DNA of 35,646 nucleotides from Phoronis australis (Eukaryota; Animalia; Phoronida): assembly GCA_002633005.1 (NCBI GenBank), contig NMRA01000205.1, positions 131,720-167,365 of the forward strand, given 5' to 3'. This document shows, piece after piece, positions 32,287 to 35,646 of this stretch. The translations under genes and the position numbers were made by a program. The stretch's first letter is position 1, and the number at the start of each line of letters is the position of its first letter. The notes below the pieces were generated by a model. It worked only from the letters and a program-made list of their open reading frames with translations, made no database searches and had not been told where the DNA came from.

Positions 32287-35200
32287 CTAACAGAGATTCT
32301 ATCAAAGACAGTCTAAAGACGGATTAGAGTTTTGTGGTTTGCAGTAAGTTTGTTGATTCAGTTAATGTACAGAGCGTGATAAATATGTGTCGTCGGTATA
32401 TAAAATTGTACTTGGGGGAATAGAAAGAGGAACCTAAGTTACATAAACTAAAGGAAAAGAGTCCGGGGGTACGTTATTAGTTATGGGAAGGGATGCTGAG
32501 GTGACGCAACTGGGGCGTACCTGCTTGCCAATAAGATTCTAAGTAGCCTTACGTTCGTTTTTGGCTAAATTGAATCGAATTGGGATCAAGCTCCTTGTGA
32601 ATTCACTGGTTAAAGTTTAACTCATGTCAGGGGAATACTTCCTCTCTTAAAGATACTCTGTCCGCTTCGTTTAGTTAAAATCTTCACAGAACGGAAGTTA
32701 ACGTTAGTTCATCCGAAAATATGCCAAACAATGCTCATTCCTCACAAAACTAAATATTTTCAAACTTAATAGAATCTAATATGAATAGTTTTACTTTAGA
32801 TTTTATTTTGGAGGTGCACCACCCAAAATGGCGGCCGTAATGAGGGACAACTGATTCATGAAATATGGGTACTCACACACCTGCCGCTACGTTAAATGAG
32901 GTCTCTGCGGATATCCCGCCTACAATTGAACAAATTAATAGTAAAGTAAGGCAAACACAAACAGAGCTGAATGATAAAAAAATGTTAATATTTTAGTGAT
33001 GCCCTTCAATGGAAGAAACTCATCCGGTGTTCTGAATCGGCGAATGTAAAGCAAATAGTGTGTTTACAGGATAGATGATAGCGTGCTTTGTGTGGTTGAA
33101 GATTACGACATGCAAACTTGAGTATCAGGCGTGCTGTTCATTTAATTAAATGCAGTCACACTTTTCGTTCGCTTAATAGGCCTATAGGCATGCATACGTG
33201 ATAACAGAAACAAAAAAGATATTAACATCAACAAATGTGCATGCATTCAATCGGTCATCAAAGGTGATTTTTACAGATTATGGTCAATTTAACGTTCGAT
33301 CTCTAGTTAGGGCATGAGTTTGAAAATACATCCTTGAAAGAACTCCAGAAACAGGCGGTATACGCCATCATGAAAAATGTTATCAACTACGCTGTGCAAA
33401 GTGTTGTTCTATTAGTCGGTATGTAGTGCATCATCCAACGGTAAGTCTCCGGAAAATGATGACGATTGCGGCATAGAGAAATTCTTTGGCTAAACGTACA
33501 TCATATGACCCCGCCGAGTCCGGGTACGCATACGATTACTGGCTCTATATGACGAACGAATTACGTAGTTGACATTCTATGATTGGTTTTGAAAAGGAAT
33601 TAGGGCGGCAACTGACCTATCGCGTGACGGCTTAACTACCCTATCAGAACGCAGCCTTCTTGACACACCTTCGTTTCCAAGCCGCCATTTTACCCCACAA
33701 ACAACACGTTGCCGGGTAAAATTTATTGTTTGTTTGTAAACTTTTCGCAAGAGGGTGGAGCTTGCGATAGGTCACTTGAAGTATCTCTGGCAATTTGCCT
33801 AATTTACGCATGGTGTTTGAAGAATGAACGTGATAATGGATGAGCTAGAACAACGATTCGCACTCTCACGAAATGAAATGCCTAATTCCTGATTTTCTGC
33901 GACAAAATGCTTGATTTTGAAAATTGTCGCTGTTTTATCAAACGTTTAGCTATATACCAACTCGTCAAACGAGTAAATTTTTACCAATACCCGCTGCAGT
34001 GCTAATGCTGATTTCCACAGGTATATTTTACATCTACAATACGACACGGAATAATGTGAATAGAGCTGTAGCCTGGAAGGTAGAGTAATTTTCAAATAAC
34101 CAAAACAGACTTACACAGAACACTACATGGATGAACATCTTGCGAAAATTATTTGACATTACAGTAAAACTTTTGTCAAAATAAAACAGCGGTCTTGTCG
34201 AACTTTTGTCGGAGTCTAGGCGTTACTTTCGCCCTGCGCTTGATTATTTGCTTAGAACTGTAGTCCTGGAATGCCAACTCCAGCAAGTTACTTATGTACA
34301 TGTATTCTATTATTGAAGCTTGCGACCCCGAGATTAGCCGCGAGAGTTTCCACTGTAACTTTCCAGCTGTCTGCTCGACTGAGTTTTGATCGAGTGTTGT
34401 AGTTATCAAATCAAGTCTACATGTAACTTCATTGCTTCATATTCACATCTTTGTTCATCAAGCGAGACTCTTCAGTCACGTTTTTAGATAGCCAGCCGGC
34501 TAACAATATGAAAAATACAGCTAGGTACCACTGACTTAGCCTTGGCGCAAAGCTGTATACTAGACATACAGCTTTGCGCCGATGTGGGTAAAAAAATGAC
34601 CAAATAAAATCTAACACAAAATTAGTGTCGTTAAAAACTACAATCTTCCTTGCGTAAATACACAAAACGTAATGAGAGTGGCGTACATGAAGTAATATCC
34701 CACGAGACAGTATCGACGTATCGATACGCGGAATATGGTCAAGTGGGATATTACTTAATGTACGCCAATCCAGGTACGTTTTGTATTTATCCCATGCGCT
34801 TCGAATCCCTAAGTTACATTTTTTCGGCAGATTTTTCAAATGCTTCACCCAGACTGTTCACATGGCGGATCACATCCCATACATGTATGTATGTACTTGC
34901 GCGATAGGTTGCAAGTTATCTCTTGTAAAAGAAACAGTTCTAAAAGTAACGATTTATTTCTTGACAAGAGGTAGAAAATACGAAAACAACGGCAACTGTT
35001 CAGTGAACTTGTAACATCTCCTGGAAATGGTTAAAAAACAACAATATTGGATATTTTAGTTTCCTAGGAATCGGCGCCTAAGTTGCAGACGATATAGTAT
35101 TCAGCAACTGAAAACTCAGACATAAGAGTCTTATAATTAACAGTTTTGTTCCAGATTTTACGTTTAAGGCCTGGTTGCATGTCGAGTGTTAGTTATATTG

Positions 35201-35385
35201 CTGCAACTGTATTACTTGAAACTATATTCGGAAGGTTTGCTGATCGAACCGGCTGAAGACGTCGAGTCGACATTGGCCTACCTTTTGAACTTTCTTTGTC
35301 GGAGGTCGCTATTGAAGTAGTGCGGGAGGTGAATACGGAAAACTTTATTACATGGCCGTATTTCCCTTGACAGATTGAACGCGTA

Positions 35386-35568
35386 TGGGATAAATATAGA
35401 TTATTACATGGCGAAGTCGTTATCCCCCGTTATCTAGAGCCCGAGTGGATTTTGGAGAATTATCGCCCGAGGGGCGTTAGCCCCGAGGGTGATAATTCTC
35501 CAAAAATCCACGAGGGCTCTAGATAAGGGGGATAACGGCTGAGAACATGTAATAATCTATTTATACCA
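35386..35568. mobile_element. ~180-bp near-perfect palindrome, resembling non-autonomous Crypton-like hairpin elements
   Basis: Arms atagattattacatg / gttatcccc / ttatctagagccc / gtggattttggagaattatcgccc pair with their reverse complements around a centre gaggggcgttagccccga at ~35477. Confidence 0.75.
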
Positions 35569-35646
35569 CATACTAAACGAGAAACATTGCAATGAATCGA
35601 TTTACCTTTTCTGACTCTCCACGGCTTCGTAACTACTTTCTATGTC

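Noticed and set aside
34176-35014. Cluster of 77-139-aa ORFs
   Set aside because: They overlap on both strands, with no recognisable domain or splice structure.

Overview
Eukaryotic genomic DNA: AT-rich, intron-containing and transposon-dense. The repeat types and frequent TACATGTA motifs suggest a marine invertebrate (inference). A 974-N assembly gap lies at 21625-22598. Most short ORFs in the supplied track are spurious. Host-gene evidence is limited to (i) minus-strand exons at 2303-5777, including a 402-nt exon resembling a TRADD-N-like domain, whose upstream exon can be rebuilt by removing two inserted elements, and (ii) a probable first exon of a 7TM receptor at 30797-30995. From 9.5 to 21 kb there are four TIR-bounded, decayed or internally deleted THAP-domain DNA transposons: an ISL2EU-type element (SAP/YqaJ plus THAP, AT TSD), two different Kolobok-type elements joined at one shared TTAA (each THAP plus convergent KolX-like start), and a P/hAT-type element with a THAP12-like domain. 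After the gap is an unassigned element with mirrored ends and two convergent zinc-finger pseudogenes. The window also holds 5-bp-TSD MITEs, two tRNA-derived SINE heads, a helentron-associated-like repeat element, a ~180-bp palindrome and several minisatellites. All calls are by eye; no database searches were run.
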